Shown here in pieces: positions 1-13,200 of a DNA stretch of 64,000 nucleotides (within the stretch, counting starts at the first letter, position 1; each line of letters starts with the position of its first letter). Position numbers and translations under genes: made by a program. The notes beneath the pieces are model-generated. The model saw only the letters and a list, made by a program, of their open reading frames with translations. It was not told where the DNA came from and searched no databases. This DNA comes from Chiloscyllium plagiosum (Eukaryota), in assembly GCF_004010195.1 (NCBI RefSeq), contig NC_057753.1:3689514-3753513 (forward strand). The letters run 5' to 3'.

Positions 1-40
1 ACTGCTTACGAGAGATATTATTTTCTACTCTTCGCAATTG
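1..40 (+). CDS. Probable 3' part of coding exon 1 of GPR139-like gene A (5' end outside window)
   Basis: Reads TAYERYYFLLFAI-G|GTAATG, resembling the 'YYPILAILG' exon-1 end of the paralogue at 22381-22513. The phase-1 donor at 41 matches the phase-1 acceptor at 1060. A weaker alternative donor lies about 12 nt downstream. Confidence 0.55.
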
Positions 41-1059
41 GTAATGTCTCAGGTTGTTCACACCTTCACTATTTTATTCACATGAAGAGAGACGTCATAA
101 CCGTTGAAACTCGCATTCACTATAAATCTTTTTATTCAAACGTTCAGTTGGGCCAACATGAATCAATTATTCTCGGTGTGTTAAGTAGCATGAAGGTTTT
201 GCATTGCATGAAAAGGTTTTGTCAGAAGGACGCATCTTCATTGACGACATTCAGCAGTTCAGTTCCGTTCATAACACCCCCAGGGATCCTCAAGCCACCG
301 GTACACAGTGTCACTGACACCTGACCTGAAAACTGGTAGAAACATGAAATCTTCATCCACTTTCTTCTGTTTCACAACAGTTTTGAGCAAAGTACTTTTC
401 AACTTTTCCAACAGTGAACGGTATTAAAATAATTTATTCCAACGAAAACAATTGGCCCTCAGTAAAGTACAATCTGTGTTTGAGTTCGTTTGTACAATTT
501 GGCAATTTCCGTTATTTCATTGCATTGATATTCTCCACATTAGGTTTTTAATGTACTATTTTCCTTGTGTATTTGATGTCTTTTGTTTTGCTTGTGATGT
601 GAATTTGATTTCTTGTTGACCTCTGTTGGTTCCTATTAGGCTATGTTGACGTATTGTTCCATTGTTAAATTCGAAATTGGTGATAGTTTTTTTTTATTAA
701 CGAAGGGTAACAATGGATAAAACAGGTAAATTGAGTTAGGCCAGAGATCTGCCATGATTCCAATGAAAGCCAGAACATGTTTGAGGGACTGAGTGCGCTA
801 AACTTGTCCCCATTGTCCCATTATGCTATTTCCCTCCTTGAAGTTAAATCTTGGTTGCTATTTCAAAATCAGTAATTGTTCGATCTGAGGGTAAGGGGTA
901 ATTGTTACCTTAATATTATGACAAAACATTGCAATTTAGCGTAGAAGACTGCGAAAGATCTCATTGTGTTGGAATTTGAAGTAATAACATCCAGTTCTCA
1001 TTCATACGCTCTCACAGCACTCTCCTACTCCTCCCTCACTCTCTGCCTCATTATTACAG

Positions 1060-1976
1060 CTAACTTTGCCGTGATCATGATTCTGTCTCGAAGCCGATGT
1101 GGTCTCACTGGGTGTATCACGTATTACCTGGTTTCTATGGCGGTGGCAGATCTTCTGGTTATGATAACAGCTGTAATATTAAACCGGATTGCTGGGATTT
1201 ATTTCTCATCCAGTTTCCTGTCGATCACACCCGTGTGCAGTGTTCGTTCCGCCCTAAATATTGCAGCAATTGACAGTTCTGCCTGGTTAACGGTAGTCTT
1301 CACCATGGATCGATTTGTATCTATTTCCTGTCAGAAGCTGAAAATAAAATACTGCACCAAGAAAATGGCATCACGCATCATAGGAACCGTGTGTATGCTC
1401 AGCTGCGTAAAAAATATCTTTATCTCCTTTCAATTGGAACCTAGATACGTAATTGACAATATACCCTGGTTCTGTAACATAAAAGATATAATTTATACCT
1501 TTCCAGCATGGATTGTCTATGCCTGGATATGCTCTATATTAACCCCTTTCCTCCCATTCATTCTGGTTTTGCTGCTCAATGCTCTGACTGTCAGACACAT
1601 TCGAGTGGCCAATAAAGCCCGTACGAGACTTCGGAACCAGAACAGTGGCGTGAATCTGATTGACCCAGAGATGGAAAAGCGGAGAAAGTCCATTGTGTTA
1701 CTCTTTGCCATCTCAGCCAGTTTCATTCTATTGTATGTGGTGTCTTTTGTAACAATGCTTTATGTCCGAATAGCAAACACAACTTATTCCTCAGGTTTAG
1801 ATAACCGCAATTTTGTATACATTCTCCAACAAAGTGGATATATGTTGCAATTATTGAGCTCCTGCATCAATCCTTTTATTTATGCTGGAACCCAGCGAAA
1901 ATTCAGAGATGAGTTCAGAAGTGGCGTTAGATGCATCCTTAGATACTTTGTCAAACTATTTCTTTTTCGCAAATAG
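1060..1976 (+). CDS. GPR139/GPR142-like class A orphan GPCR, gene A, main coding exon
   Basis: Pyrimidine tract and ttacag acceptor ending at 1059. Open frame ANFAVIMILSRSRCGL...YYLVSMAVADLL...MDRFVSI...DPEMEKRRKSIVLLFAIS...INPFIYAGTQ, with hydrophobic TM segments, DRF and NPxxY motifs. The ORF-track N-terminus (966-1059) is intronic. Confidence 0.9.
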
Positions 1977-2239
1977 AATAATCCATATTGAACTCCTGTT
2001 GGGTTTGCACCATATCCCAAAATTGTCTTCGAACGTAATATCCTCCTATCAAGTTGCACTTTCTTTATCCAGTGCTTGAATTGAAGAATGTATTTGAAGA
2101 GGAAAGAATGGTGGAAGCATGTGACTTATCGTTAAATGTGCTCCATTATTTCATTTGATTATAGATGATCTATTCCAATGTCATTCTCTTGCCATGTCAC
2201 TGTCTCTTTTGAGTGGTTCTAAATCTAGAAATCTATCAA

Positions 2240-2410
2240 CAGAAATGCCTGGAGAAATTCAGCAGGTCTGGCAGTCGACGTGGAGACAAAACAGAATTGA
2301 CATTTCGAGTTCTTTGCTCTTTCTTCTGAAGGCTCTCCATAGATGCTACCAGACCTGCTGGGAGTTTCCTAAGGCTTTCAGTGTTTCTTTTGTTTCAGAT
2401 TTTGAGTATA
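2240..2410. mobile_element. Old palindromic Penelope-derived mini-element relic
   Basis: Inverted arms cagcaggtctggcag...tggaga / tctcca...ctaccagacctgctg, similar to the younger PLE tails elsewhere in the window. Confidence 0.55.
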
Positions 2411-3308
2411 GGCAGTTCTTTGTAATACTTACAGAAATCCATCTATCTATGTCTTGAATATACTGATTAGTTAATGAAATGCAACCCCCGTGTTGACAAG
2501 GAATTGTAAGCAGTCATAAATTATCCTAAACGCCTATGTTAGCTGATTGAGTCAGCTCTCCTTTGGGACTTTTAAAATTGCCATGGTACCAACCAGGAAC
2601 TTGGATGGATTTGCGCTGGCATATTGTATGGGATAAATAGGTACTATCCTGCATTGAAAACATCCTCATTCTCTGACCAGAAAAATAGTCTTATCAAGAA
2701 GATTTTTTCTGAAGTTTGCGTTTTTTAAAATATTTTTGTTTTGCCTTGCATTCTTGCGTTATAAAAGACAGCGTTAAATGGAAGAATAAAACATCCAAAA
2801 GAATAATGAGTCTCACTGTCTTTAATTAAGTGTAGAATCCTGAAGAACCATTCTTGCACTTTGTTTTATTCCCCCTTCTTGTTCCTCGGTTTAGTTTTAC
2901 ATATTCTTCATCCATTTCTGATTGTTACCTTCCTGCTTCTTCCTTCCTCCTTATTTATCTCCATCTCCACCTCCATTTCTGCCACCTTCCCTTCGTGCTC
3001 ATCCTGTGTAATTCTGCATAAATCATGAGGTTGATAGGGCGCAGCTCCTAACATGTCAAGGATAAAAAAAGAGTGTCTAACTGAGGCATTAAAGAGTCAC
3101 AGAGATCTACGCTAATGATAAAAGACATTTGACCGATTGCATCCACGTTGGTCCAAAAGAATAGTGAGAGGTGGCATGGAACTCTGAGATCATGTATTGT
3201 GAAGGGACGTTTAATGAATTTTCAACTTCTGCTTTTGTGCTACCATCTAATTGCTGAGTAATGGATACCAGTCTATCATTTCATATCGTCTAAATTTGTT
3301 CTGATTGG

Positions 3309-4990
3309 AAACAAAGAACAAAGAACAGGACAGCACAGGAGGGCCTCCAAGCCATTTTCTCCTTCCATGGTAAAGCTTTGTACACTTACAGGATAAATGT
3401 CCCTCTATTACCTTCTCGTCCATGTCTTCTTGGACACTGTTACTGTGTCTGGTTCCGCCACCTTTTGTGGAAGCTCCATGCAGCCACTCAACACCCTTTG
3501 TCTGAAAAACCTGTGTCGCACATTTATTTTAAACTTACCCTCCAACCCCCACCATGTTGAATCTGTGTTACCTAATAATTGACCCCCACCCCACCCTGGA
3601 AAAAAAGACTCATACTTTACACTCTAGCCATGCCATTTACTATTGTATAAATATCTATTACGTCGCCCTCCAACTCCTGCATTCAAATGAAAATAAACCC
3701 AGATTATCCAAATTTTCTTCAGAGCTAAAATCCCTCATCCCAGGCGACATGCTGGAAAAGCTTTTCTGTACTCTCTTCAAAGCATCCGCATTTTTCTGGT
3801 AGTACGCTGACCGTAAATGTCTGCAGTACTGGACGTGTGAACTAATTAAAGTTCTATAAGGCTGCAATATAAATTGCTTATCCTAATACTCAATGCTACT
3901 TCCCATGAAGGCAAGCATGCCATAGGCATTTTTAAAATTAATTTATCTACCTGAGCTGCCACCTTCAGTGATCTGTCAACATGCACCTCTGATCCCTTTG
4001 CAAATCAATACGCTTAAGCATTCTGCCATTCACTGTACAGTTTCCGCTTGTACTTGACCTTCCACGTTTCTGGATTAACCTCTTCCTGCCATTTTCTTTC
4101 TGCCCATACCTCCATATGATCTACACCCTACTGTATCCTCTAATGGTCATTCTCAGTATCTGCAACTCCACCAATCTTGGCATCCTCTGCAAATTTACTG
4201 CTGGCGCAGCTACGTTTTCCTCCAAATCATTTAGGTAGACCACGAACAGCAGAAGTCCCAGGATTCATGCCTGTGGAACACTACTAGTCACAACCCTTCA
4301 TTCCAAAGAGCAGTTTTCCACTGCTACCCTTTATCTCCTATGACTAAACCAGTTCTGTACCCATCTTGCCAGCTCAATCCGATACCATATAATTTCATGT
4401 TCTGCCAGTCTGCCATGAGGGACCTTGTCAAACACTTTACAGAAGACCATGTAGGCAACATCAAACACTTTTCCGTCATCAAACATCTTTGTCCCCTACC
4501 CAAAACACACAATCAAGTTAGTGAGGCACAACTTCCCCCATGCAAAAATGACGTTGTATGTTGCTAAAATGTCCAACTGCTTTAAAATTCAGAAAGATCT
4601 TGTCCCTGAGAACTTTCTCCAATATTTTCGCAATCACAGACGTGATACTCACAGAGCTGTAATTTCCTGGATTATTCCTGCTACCCTACTTAAACAATTG
4701 GCTATTTTCTAGTCCTCTGGGACCTTGCCTGTGTCCAAAGAGAGTACGAAGATGTCCGTCAATGTTCCAGCAAGTATTCTCTTACCTCCATCAACAATCT
4801 TGGATAGATCTCCTAACGACCAAGGGACTTATCCACCTTAATACATTTTTAATGTGCACCATCTCTTCCCTTTTAAAAGCAAGTTGTGTTAGAAATTCGT
4901 CATCTTTGCTCTGAGATCATCTTCCAGCGATTGGAATGCTTTGCTCAATACATACACAAAGTATTTATTTAAGACCTCGCTCATTGCATT
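3309..4990 (-). mobile_element. CR1/HER1-type LINE, decayed 3' part of ORF2 and tail
   Basis: Minus-strand peptides such as HVQYC...YQKNADALKRVQKSFSSMSPGM; short repeat tail (aacaaag)n at the low end. Confidence 0.8.
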
Positions 4991-5437
4991 CACTAAATAG
5001 CGACAGAACACTTTGTAGAATTCTTTATCTCGACAAGTTTTAAAATTCTCCTCCATGGGTTATGCAAAAGCACATAGAATTTCTTAAATACTTCTTTGAT
5101 AAATCATAGGCACAATCGCCCGATATTAAAAAAGACAAGGTGAACTTAAAAAGATGGAGAATGCAAATATAGCAATTTCAGTAACAAAGTAAATGCTGGT
5201 GAATTACAATCAAGTTCAACTTACACTAAGAAAAAAATATTTGGCTGTTTGGATCGATAGTGGACAAATTCTCTCAATATTATCTGCTGCAGCAAGTCCC
5301 GTGTTGAAATAGACATTGAAATTTTACTGAAATGATAAAGTACATAATTTGAATCCATTTGAGTTCAAGTCACCTTTGGCGCTATTTGCAAAACATAAGC
5401 CTGTCAATTCACAGCTGAAGCTCTCAATCCAGGGCTT

Positions 5438-5438
<1 letters not shown>

Positions 5439-5468
<30 letters not shown>
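5439..5468 (+). repeat. Poly-G run (30 nt)
   Basis: Uninterrupted G homopolymer seen directly. Confidence 0.95.
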
Positions 5469-5469
<1 letters not shown>

Positions 5470-6340
5470 ACTGAAAGAACCTGCCTCTGTAATGTCAGAC
5501 TGAAGACGGGCCATGTTTAAAAGGTGCATTGATGCGTGTCTCTATCTATGCGGTTAGCTGGATGCAAAAGACAGCCTGGAATCGATTCTGAAGATTATCA
5601 GAGGAGTGGGCAGCAAGTGGTCACTCAGCCAATACCTAGTCTGTAATCAACAATCATACTGAACTTATTGTGTAATAGGTATCACCTACTGATTTGTGAG
5701 AATTTGCTATGCACATGCTGTATGCGGCTTAAACTAAATCACAGCAGAGAGGACATTTGCAAACGTACATCATTTGCCATGCGTGATTTTGCAGGTGGGA
5801 TGTTTGTAGAAAGTACAACATAAAGAAAATTCTGTCGTGTTTCTTTCCGCTCTGGTAAAACAATTTCAATCATCTCTGTGACAGGATAAGAATTATTTTC
5901 CTTATTAATTTGAAAATTCACATCACATGTATCAACTGCTGAAATGAAAACTAAATGTCAAGCTTTCTATAATGATTTTCAATATATTTCACAATTCCAC
6001 AAAGCACCAGAGAATCCCATTCTCTCCTCTGCATCAGCAACACTGGAACAGCAGTAAAATGTAACTCTTATCAGTTTGATCTGGACTTTTTAAAATTGTG
6101 TATCACATTTCCCGTGCATGTCAGTGTTAAAGGCATCATGGGAACGTCTGTTACCAGAAAGAAAAAGGTGGATTTTCTGAGAGTGCAACACAGGTAAGAC
6201 TGCAACACCAGCCATTGCAAGTGATGACCTGACTGAGATGATTCAAGTAATAATTGGCTCCTTTCAGAGCTGTCAGGAAGCTGAACAATGCTGGTGTGGC
6301 ATTCAGGAGGACTGTATATTGCAGAGGTGTTCTTCTTCTG

Positions 6341-7088
6341 CAGCACACCAGAACTGCAAAAGGAGGAAGAAGAACATCTCTACAATGTATTCGCCAAAAA
6401 CGGATACCCCCGCAATTTCATCAACAGATGCCTAAGGGAAAGACAACGGAATGAGGACATTCCACAACCCAAAGGACAAGCCACGTTACCATACATCAAG
6501 AACATTTCTGAACTGACAGCCAGACTACTACGACCACTGGGACTCATAACAGTACACAAACCAACAGCCACTCTCAGACATCAACTCACCAAGACAAAGG
6601 ACCCAATACCCAGCATGAGCAAAACCAACGTATATACAAATTCCCATGCAAGGACTGCACAAAACACTACATAGGACAAACAGGAAGACAGCTAACGATC
6701 CACATCCATGAACACCAACTAGCCACGAAACGTCACGACCAGCTATCCTTAGTAGCCACACACGCGGATGACAAGCAACATGAGTTCGACTGGGACAATA
6801 CTATTATAGGACAAGCCAAACAGAGAACAGCCAGGGAATTCCTAGAGGCATGGCACTCATCCACAGATGCTATCAACAAACACATCGACCTGGACCCAAT
6901 ATACCGACCACAGCAGCGGACAGCTGGAGTTGACAACCGGAAGCGACAGAGACAAACCACTATAAATGCCGGAGGAAACATCACAGAAGCGCTTCACAGG
7001 AGGCTCCCAAGCACTGAGGATGTCACCTAGACAGGGGACGAAACGTCTGCAACACAAATTCCCAGCTCGGCGAACAGAACCACAACAT
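6341..7088 (+). mobile_element. 5'-truncated Penelope-like retroelement (RT C-terminus, GIY-YIG endonuclease, pLTR), Poseidon-like
   Basis: Peptides EEEHLYNVFAKNGYP...TLPYIKNISE and, after a frameshift, YKFPCKDCTKHYIGQTGRQL...EHQ...FLEAWHS; hammerhead motif at the 3' end. Confidence 0.9.
7011..7050 (+). ncRNA. Minimal type I hammerhead ribozyme motif (PLE family A)
   Basis: gca-CUGAGGA-u-stem II (GUC...GAC)-GAAA-CG-UC-ugc. Stem I is gca/ugc and the core residues are intact. Confidence 0.75.
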
Positions 7089-7839
7089 TGAATATTTTCC
7101 TCACATCTCCTCGATTTCCTTGCTTTCACTGTTAATATATGCCCCCTTGTTATTGAACCTATCGAGAGTTTGCTATTTTAATTCAAGATGTATGATGCAT
7201 CTTGATCAAGTTCTCCGGTGGGATTTTTACAATCTTGGTAGACTCAAATCGTATTACCTTTTCATATATATATGTCCATTTATCGGATCTTCCCCAAATA
7301 TCACACAAGTGACATCATAGATGTAAAACGTTTCACTGGTCTATTATTCTTTGGCATCAGGTATTAGAACAAGTCGAGGCACAATGGGCGGAACGGCTTC
7401 AGTTTGCACTATTCAGACTTCTGTACTTCACCATTTTTCTGTGCATCATAATTCCTCAGTTTTCCTTGCACTATCAGGTGCTATGTAACCCAGACTTATT
7501 AGCATGATTATATTATTGTAAAACCAATCACAAATGTATTAATTGTTCAGATATCTGAAGGGGTCAGCGTGGAACCAGGGACGAAGTGAAAAAGCGTAGT
7601 TGTGTTTGTATTTGCAAATAAACGTCAGAAATAATCTAACAAAAATGGAGAGCAGTCGGAATTTCTTCCTTGCACGAAACACAGGAAGAGACACATTTTC
7701 TGTGATAGCTTCTCTCACATGAGGACAGTAATTTGACAAATGATCATGTTCATTCACTTCACTAATCATTGAAAACTGGAACTTGAAGTCAGGCCATTCT
7801 TATTCAGTCATGATTCATTATGAAGTAGGGAATATATAC

Positions 7840-7941
7840 CTATTCCAAGTTTCTGAACTGTCTTCTTGTCAGGGTGAATATTTTCAATTCCTGCATAAAT
7901 TCCTTGGTACGAAGCAAGACTAAAGCCTCTGCAAGAAATAT
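7840..7941 (-). pseudogene. Candidate cytoplasmic-tail exon of the SRCR receptor pseudogene
   Basis: caacag acceptor, gtatat donor, 102 nt, phase 1-1. Open frame DISCRGFSLASYQGIYAGIENIHPDKKTVQKLGI with a Tyr motif resembling IYEEI. Confidence 0.45.
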
Positions 7942-8479
7942 CTGTTGAAGGAAGGATAGATGGGTAAGCATTTATAGTTGAACACCCGCAACAACACTGT
8001 GTTTATTTGTGACGCAACATTAGTATAAAACATGAGTTCACGCAATCCTGTAGAAGAGGACATTGACACAATATTGACTGATCACTGAGGGCAGGAAGAG
8101 TTTGCAAAAACGACTGAGCAAACCACGATTAATGGCTGTATCTCAAAAGTGTGTGAAACTTAGTATGTTAAACATAAGAGTGAGATGTTGTTTTTTGGAA
8201 CGTATATGGGCAGTTCTGTTCAAATGTTTCAGATACAAAAGTTTATTCAATAAAATTCTCAGCTACAGCGTGAGCGTAAATGTTGACTGCAGGAATTGAA
8301 ACTGTTTAATGCAATGAACAAATGAAAACGGTAATAATTTATCGACAAAGAAAAAAAATAAACTTGATGACCGTGAGGAGGTTACAAATCAATGTTCAAG
8401 ATACCGTCCGGTTGAAAAATTGCACGATAACAATGTTGTGAAGAAAGATAGACAGGGCAAAGTTGCAGTTATTATGATG

Positions 8480-11232
8480 GTTGAGGTATGTCTGGTTTAA
8501 CGCAAGAAGTGGCAGGAATAAAAGACAAGAACTTAGAACGTGGATCAGTACTTGGAGCTACGATGTTGTGACCGTGACGGAGACTTCGATATCGCAAGGG
8601 CAAGAAGGGTTGTTAGGTGGTCCGGGTTTTGATGTTTCAAAAGGAATAGTGCAGGAGCTAAAAGAGTTGGGTGGGTGGCATTGCTAATCAGGAATAGTAC
8701 AACAGCTGAAGAAATGGAGGTTGTTGAGGAGGGTTTGTCCAATGAGTCATTATGGGTGACAGTCAGAAAGAGGAAAGGGGCAGTAACTTTATTATGAGTT
8801 TTCTATCGATCCCCAATAGTAAAACAGACACAGAGAAGAAGATTGGGAGATAGATTTTGGAAAGGTACAGAAGTAAAAGGGTTGTTGTCATGGGTGACCT
8901 CGACTTCTCTAACATTCATTGGAACTTCCTTAGTTCGTAAAGTTTGGATGGAGCAGTTTTTGTCAGATGTGTCCAGGAAAACCTGCTGACACAATGCGTT
9001 GATAGTTTGTCTAGAGGGGAGGCCATATGGGATTTGGTGTTTGGCATTGAACATGGTTAGGTGTCAAATATCTCGGTCGGAGAGCATTTCATTGATAATG
9101 GTTCCAGCTCCCTGACATTCACAATAGTCATAGAAAGGGAAGGAGCACACGGTTTAGAAAAGCATTTAATTGAGGTGGGTGAATTCCAATGCTATTAGGC
9201 TAGAAGTGTGAAGCATATATTGGAAGCAGATATTCTCAGGGAAATTCACGACAGAAACGTGAAGGTTGTTTTGGGAGTGCTAGCTGCGAGTGCTTTGACA
9301 GGTTTGTCCTATTGAGGTAAGGAAGGGATAGTAGGGGTGAAGGAACCTTGGATGACAAGAGGTGTGGAACCTGTAGTCAAGAGGAAGAAGGAAGTTTATC
9401 AAGGTTGAGGAAGCAAGGATCAGACAGTGCTCTATAGGGTTACAAGCTAGCCAGGAAAGAAAATTGTAGACTTAGGAGAGTGGGAAGTAGGTATGACAAA
9501 GCCTTGACAAGTATGTTTAATGAAAACCGCAAGGCGTTCGACACTTATGTGAGAAACAAGAGGATGGCCAGAGTAAGGGTTGGGCTGATAAGGGACCGTG
9601 GTTGGAATTTGTGCCTGGAGTCAGAGGAAGTAGGGGAGGCCCTTAATGAATATGTTGCTTCAGTATTCAATAGTGAGAGAGACGTTCCAATTCGTCAGGA
9701 CAGCGTGAAACACGTTGATAGTCTCGTACTGGTTGATGTTAAGAAGTAGGATTGGTTGGAAATTTTGAAACACATGTGGACAGATAAGTCTCCTGGAACA
9801 GAGGGGATGTACCCAATTTTATTTCAGGAAGGGAGGGAAGAGATTGCTACGTCTTTGCATCCTCACTGTCCACAGGAGTCGTACCATTTGGGGGATGGCA
9901 AATGTTATTCCCTTATTCAAGAAAGGGAGTATGAATAACCCTAGGCATTACAGACCAGTCAGTCTGATATTGGTGGTAGGCAAAGTATTGAAGAAGATTC
10001 TGAGAGACAGGATTTATCATTATTTGGAAAAGCCTTGTTTGATTACAATTAGGCAGCATGCCTTTGATGATGTGACAAAGCACGTTGATGAAGATAGAGC
10101 AGTGGATTTGGCGTACATAGGGTTTAAAATGACGTTTGATAAGGTTCCCCATGGTCGGGTCGAAGCGATAGTAAGGAGGCATGGGTCACAGGGAACTTTG
10201 GCTGTCTCGATACAGAATTGGCCGGCCATTGAAGACAGAGTGTGTTGGTAGGTAGAAATAATTCAGCTTGGAGCTCGGTGACCAGTGGTGCTCCACAGGG
10301 TTTCTGTTCTGAGACCTCTACTGTTTGTGTTTTTTATAACTGACTTGGAATGAGGAAATGGAAAGGTGCATTGCTAAGTTTGCCAATGACACGAAGACTG
10401 GTAGAGTTGATTATGGCTGTTGTAGGTTGCAAAGGGGCATTTACAGGATGCAGAACTGAGCGGAGAAGTGCCAGATGGAGTTCAACCTGGAAAAGTGTGA
10501 AGTGATTAATTTTGAAGGTCAAATTTGAATGCAGATTACAGGGTTAAGGACAGGATTCTTGGTGATGTGGGAAAACAATAGATCTTGGAATCTAAGAACC
10601 TCAAAGTTGCCACCCAATTTGATAGGCTTGTTGAGAAAGCATATGATGTGTTGTCTTTCATTTTGCAAGGGTATTCAGTTTAAGAGCTGCGAAGTTATGC
10701 TGCAACTCTATAAAGCCCTGGTAAGACCACGCTGAGAATATTGTGTTCAGTACTGGTCGTCTCATTATAGGAATAGTGTGGAAGCGTTAGAGAGGATGCA
10801 GAGGAGATTAACTAGAATGCCACCTGGACTGAGGGCATTTCTTATGAAAATGTTTGAGGAAGCTATGGCGTTTCACATTGGAGTGAAAATGAATGAGTGG
10901 TGACTTGACAGATGTGTCCAAAATACTGAGATGTAGAAAAAGAGTGGATAGCCAGAATCTTTGTTCCTAGGGCGTAAATGGCTATTACGAGGGGGCATAA
11001 TTTTAAGGTGATTGGAGGAAGGTTTCTGGAAATTGTCAGAGGTAGCTTCTTTACACAGACAGTGGTGGCTGCCATCAATATAGTAGAGTCAGATACATTT
11101 GGGACATTTAAGCTACTCTTGGATAGGCTCATTGATGATATTAAAATGAAGAGTCTACAGGCTAGTTTGATCTTAGTTTGGACAAAATGTCGGCTCAATA
11201 TCGATGGCGAAGGGCTTTTACAATGCTGTACA
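8480..11232 (+). mobile_element. CR1/HER1-type LINE, decayed ORF2 (APE endonuclease and RT)
   Basis: YVWFNARS...YDVVTVTET; ANVIPLFKKG...YRPVSL...FDKVPHGR; TRGHNFKV; multiple stops and frameshifts. Confidence 0.9.
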
Positions 11233-11631
11233 GTGCTATCTTCTAAGAACTAGGAAACTTAAAGAAACATCGACGCGATCAGTAACTTGTTCTGGAGTGT
11301 AATTTACAGGCTGATTGAAAGGTAAGCATGTACAGTCTTTGAATTTATTTCTCAATGATAATCATTTGGGACAACTCCACATTAAAAGTTAATTCTTTTT
11401 CACTCCAAAGATATTGAGGAATTTGATGAATACTTCGTGTCGTTGTACTCTTGTTTTAACTTCCATTTACTGGCTTGACGTTTTTTACCTCAGTGTTAAT
11501 TTAAACTTAGCATTTCAATGGCTAAAGCCCTTGTAGAAAACAAATATCCAGAGACGTCCACACAATCATTGCCATCCAGGAAGAAAAATAGTGATTCAGT
11601 GTTAGCTCAGTCAGTAGAGATAAGGCTTAAC

Positions 11632-11736
11632 TTTCATTCGTAATTTTCTCTGCATCGCTCCCTGTATTGGAATCAAATCACTGACGAACAGGACTCGCAG
11701 GCAGGCCATAACAGGTACCGAAATAGATTCACGTTC
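11632..11736 (-). pseudogene. Candidate decayed transmembrane exon of the SRCR receptor pseudogene
   Basis: gacag acceptor and gttaag donor. Frame ERESISVPVMACLRVLFVSDLIPIQGAMQRKLRMK is a hydrophobic stretch followed by basic residues, directly downstream of the last SRCR exon. Confidence 0.4.
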
Positions 11737-12076
11737 CTGTCATTGAAGAAGGGATTACAGAGATTTAGCTTAGTTATGAGCTGTCTTGTATAATTGTAGC
11801 AAATCCATCAATATGGAAACACCGGCATTAACTTCAAACAATGAAAATGCCAAAACCATCAATGTCATTAGTCAGGGACCGAACATTAACTCAAATATTA
11901 ACAATTGACTCAATCATGAATACATTCAAGTGGACGTACAGGAAAAGTTGGCAGCAGCTCTGTTCTAGAGGGATAGATTGCACAAGCACTCATGAACGCG
12001 AAAGTTAATTTCGGAAGACAATTGCTGACATTAATTTGCGACGTTTTTGATTACTGGTTGGGACCAGTCAGCATAA

Positions 12077-12398
12077 CAGAATAGATCACACTGGCAGTTT
12101 CCTTGTGATTGCAGTCCCTTTGAGCTGGAGCTAAGGAGAGACAGTCGGACAGAAAGGATTCCCTTCCCTTCAACATCTCATCATTTTGTCAGATCAGGTC
12201 TTTACCCAGGGAGACAGCGAGTAGACACTCCTTGAGCGAGTAGAGTCGATCCACATCTCAGCTGAATGCAGACAACATTGGCATCTGTTTTGTACTAGGA
12301 ATTACCACACAATGTCCCCCGGCTTTCATCGCACATGATCTCCAGCTTCTTAGATCAGTAGCTGCTTTCTCCATCCAGGCAAACGCAGTGTCGTGAAT
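12077..12398 (-). pseudogene. SRCR domain pseudo-exon
   Basis: Translates across frameshifts and stops to LRL.DGES...KLEIMCDESRGTLCGNS*YKTDANVVCIQLRCGS...ESFLSDC...RDCNHKETASVIYS; cag acceptor, mutated donor. Confidence 0.8.
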
Positions 12399-12618
12399 CT
12401 GCGGCACAGAGCCGATTGTTATTGAACGCAGTACAAAGCAGAAATTTCATTTCGAGAGTTGACATATTCATGATTAGGACGGGATTGTTGATGGCAGGAA
12501 TTTGAACTGAGGGGCAGCTCCTTTCTCACATCAATCACTGCTAAGAAGAGAAAGATGCTTACTTTATTGGATGTAAATATTTGAAATAATAACCGAATAT
12601 TGAGGTCTATCTTGCTAC

Positions 12619-12913
12619 TTGAGCATACAATACTTGCATCTTTGTACTGCTGGCCCCACGGTTCTGTCTGAAATTGCCACAGGACAGACCCGTATGACAA
12701 ACACTCCATCTCATCGAGCCAAACATGGCCTGTTCCTGCTCCGAATGAGTGTCATAATCAATATATTTGTCAGCACCACAGCGCAATTGCTCATTTTCTC
12801 ATTGTGTGACTCCAGGCCATCTGATCCCACTGTCCCTCAGGTCCCATTGTAGAACATTTCCACTCTCTTCTGACAGCAATGATTTCCATTCACCAACCGC
12901 TTCGCCTTGTACC
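12619..12913 (-). pseudogene. SRCR domain pseudo-exon
   Basis: KRLVNGNHCCQKRVEMFYNGT*GTV...QLRCG...FGAGTGHVWLDEMECLSYGSVLWQFQTEPWGQ...KDASIVCS; AG/GT boundaries, an in-frame stop and frameshifts. Confidence 0.85.
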
Positions 12914-13034
12914 CTGTTCATACAATAACAGACATCCAGATTGATAAATTGCTTATGTTTTCGGTGCATACCTATGTTTGACGCCTGATGTCCAACATAC
13001 GGTATCGAACCGAACATCACACATGATATAAAAG

Positions 13035-13200
13035 CAGGAATGACTGGACAAACTCAACAGGTCTGGCAGAATCGGTGAATAGAGAGCAGAGTCAATGTGA
13101 ATCCAAAACTTTGACTCTGTTTTGTCTCAACAGATTCTGCCAGACTTAAAGATTTTCCCGAGACATTTCTCTTTGCGTTTCACATTTCCAGCATCTGTAG
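13035..13200. mobile_element. Old palindromic Penelope-derived mini-element relic
   Basis: Inverted arms aggtctggcagaatc...cagagtcaa / ttgactctg...gattctgccagac, plus a ttccagcatctg tail. Confidence 0.55.

Noticed and set aside
966..1059. N-terminus of the 336-aa ORF
   Set aside because: Non-ATG start and a pyrimidine tract upstream of a clear acceptor; intronic.
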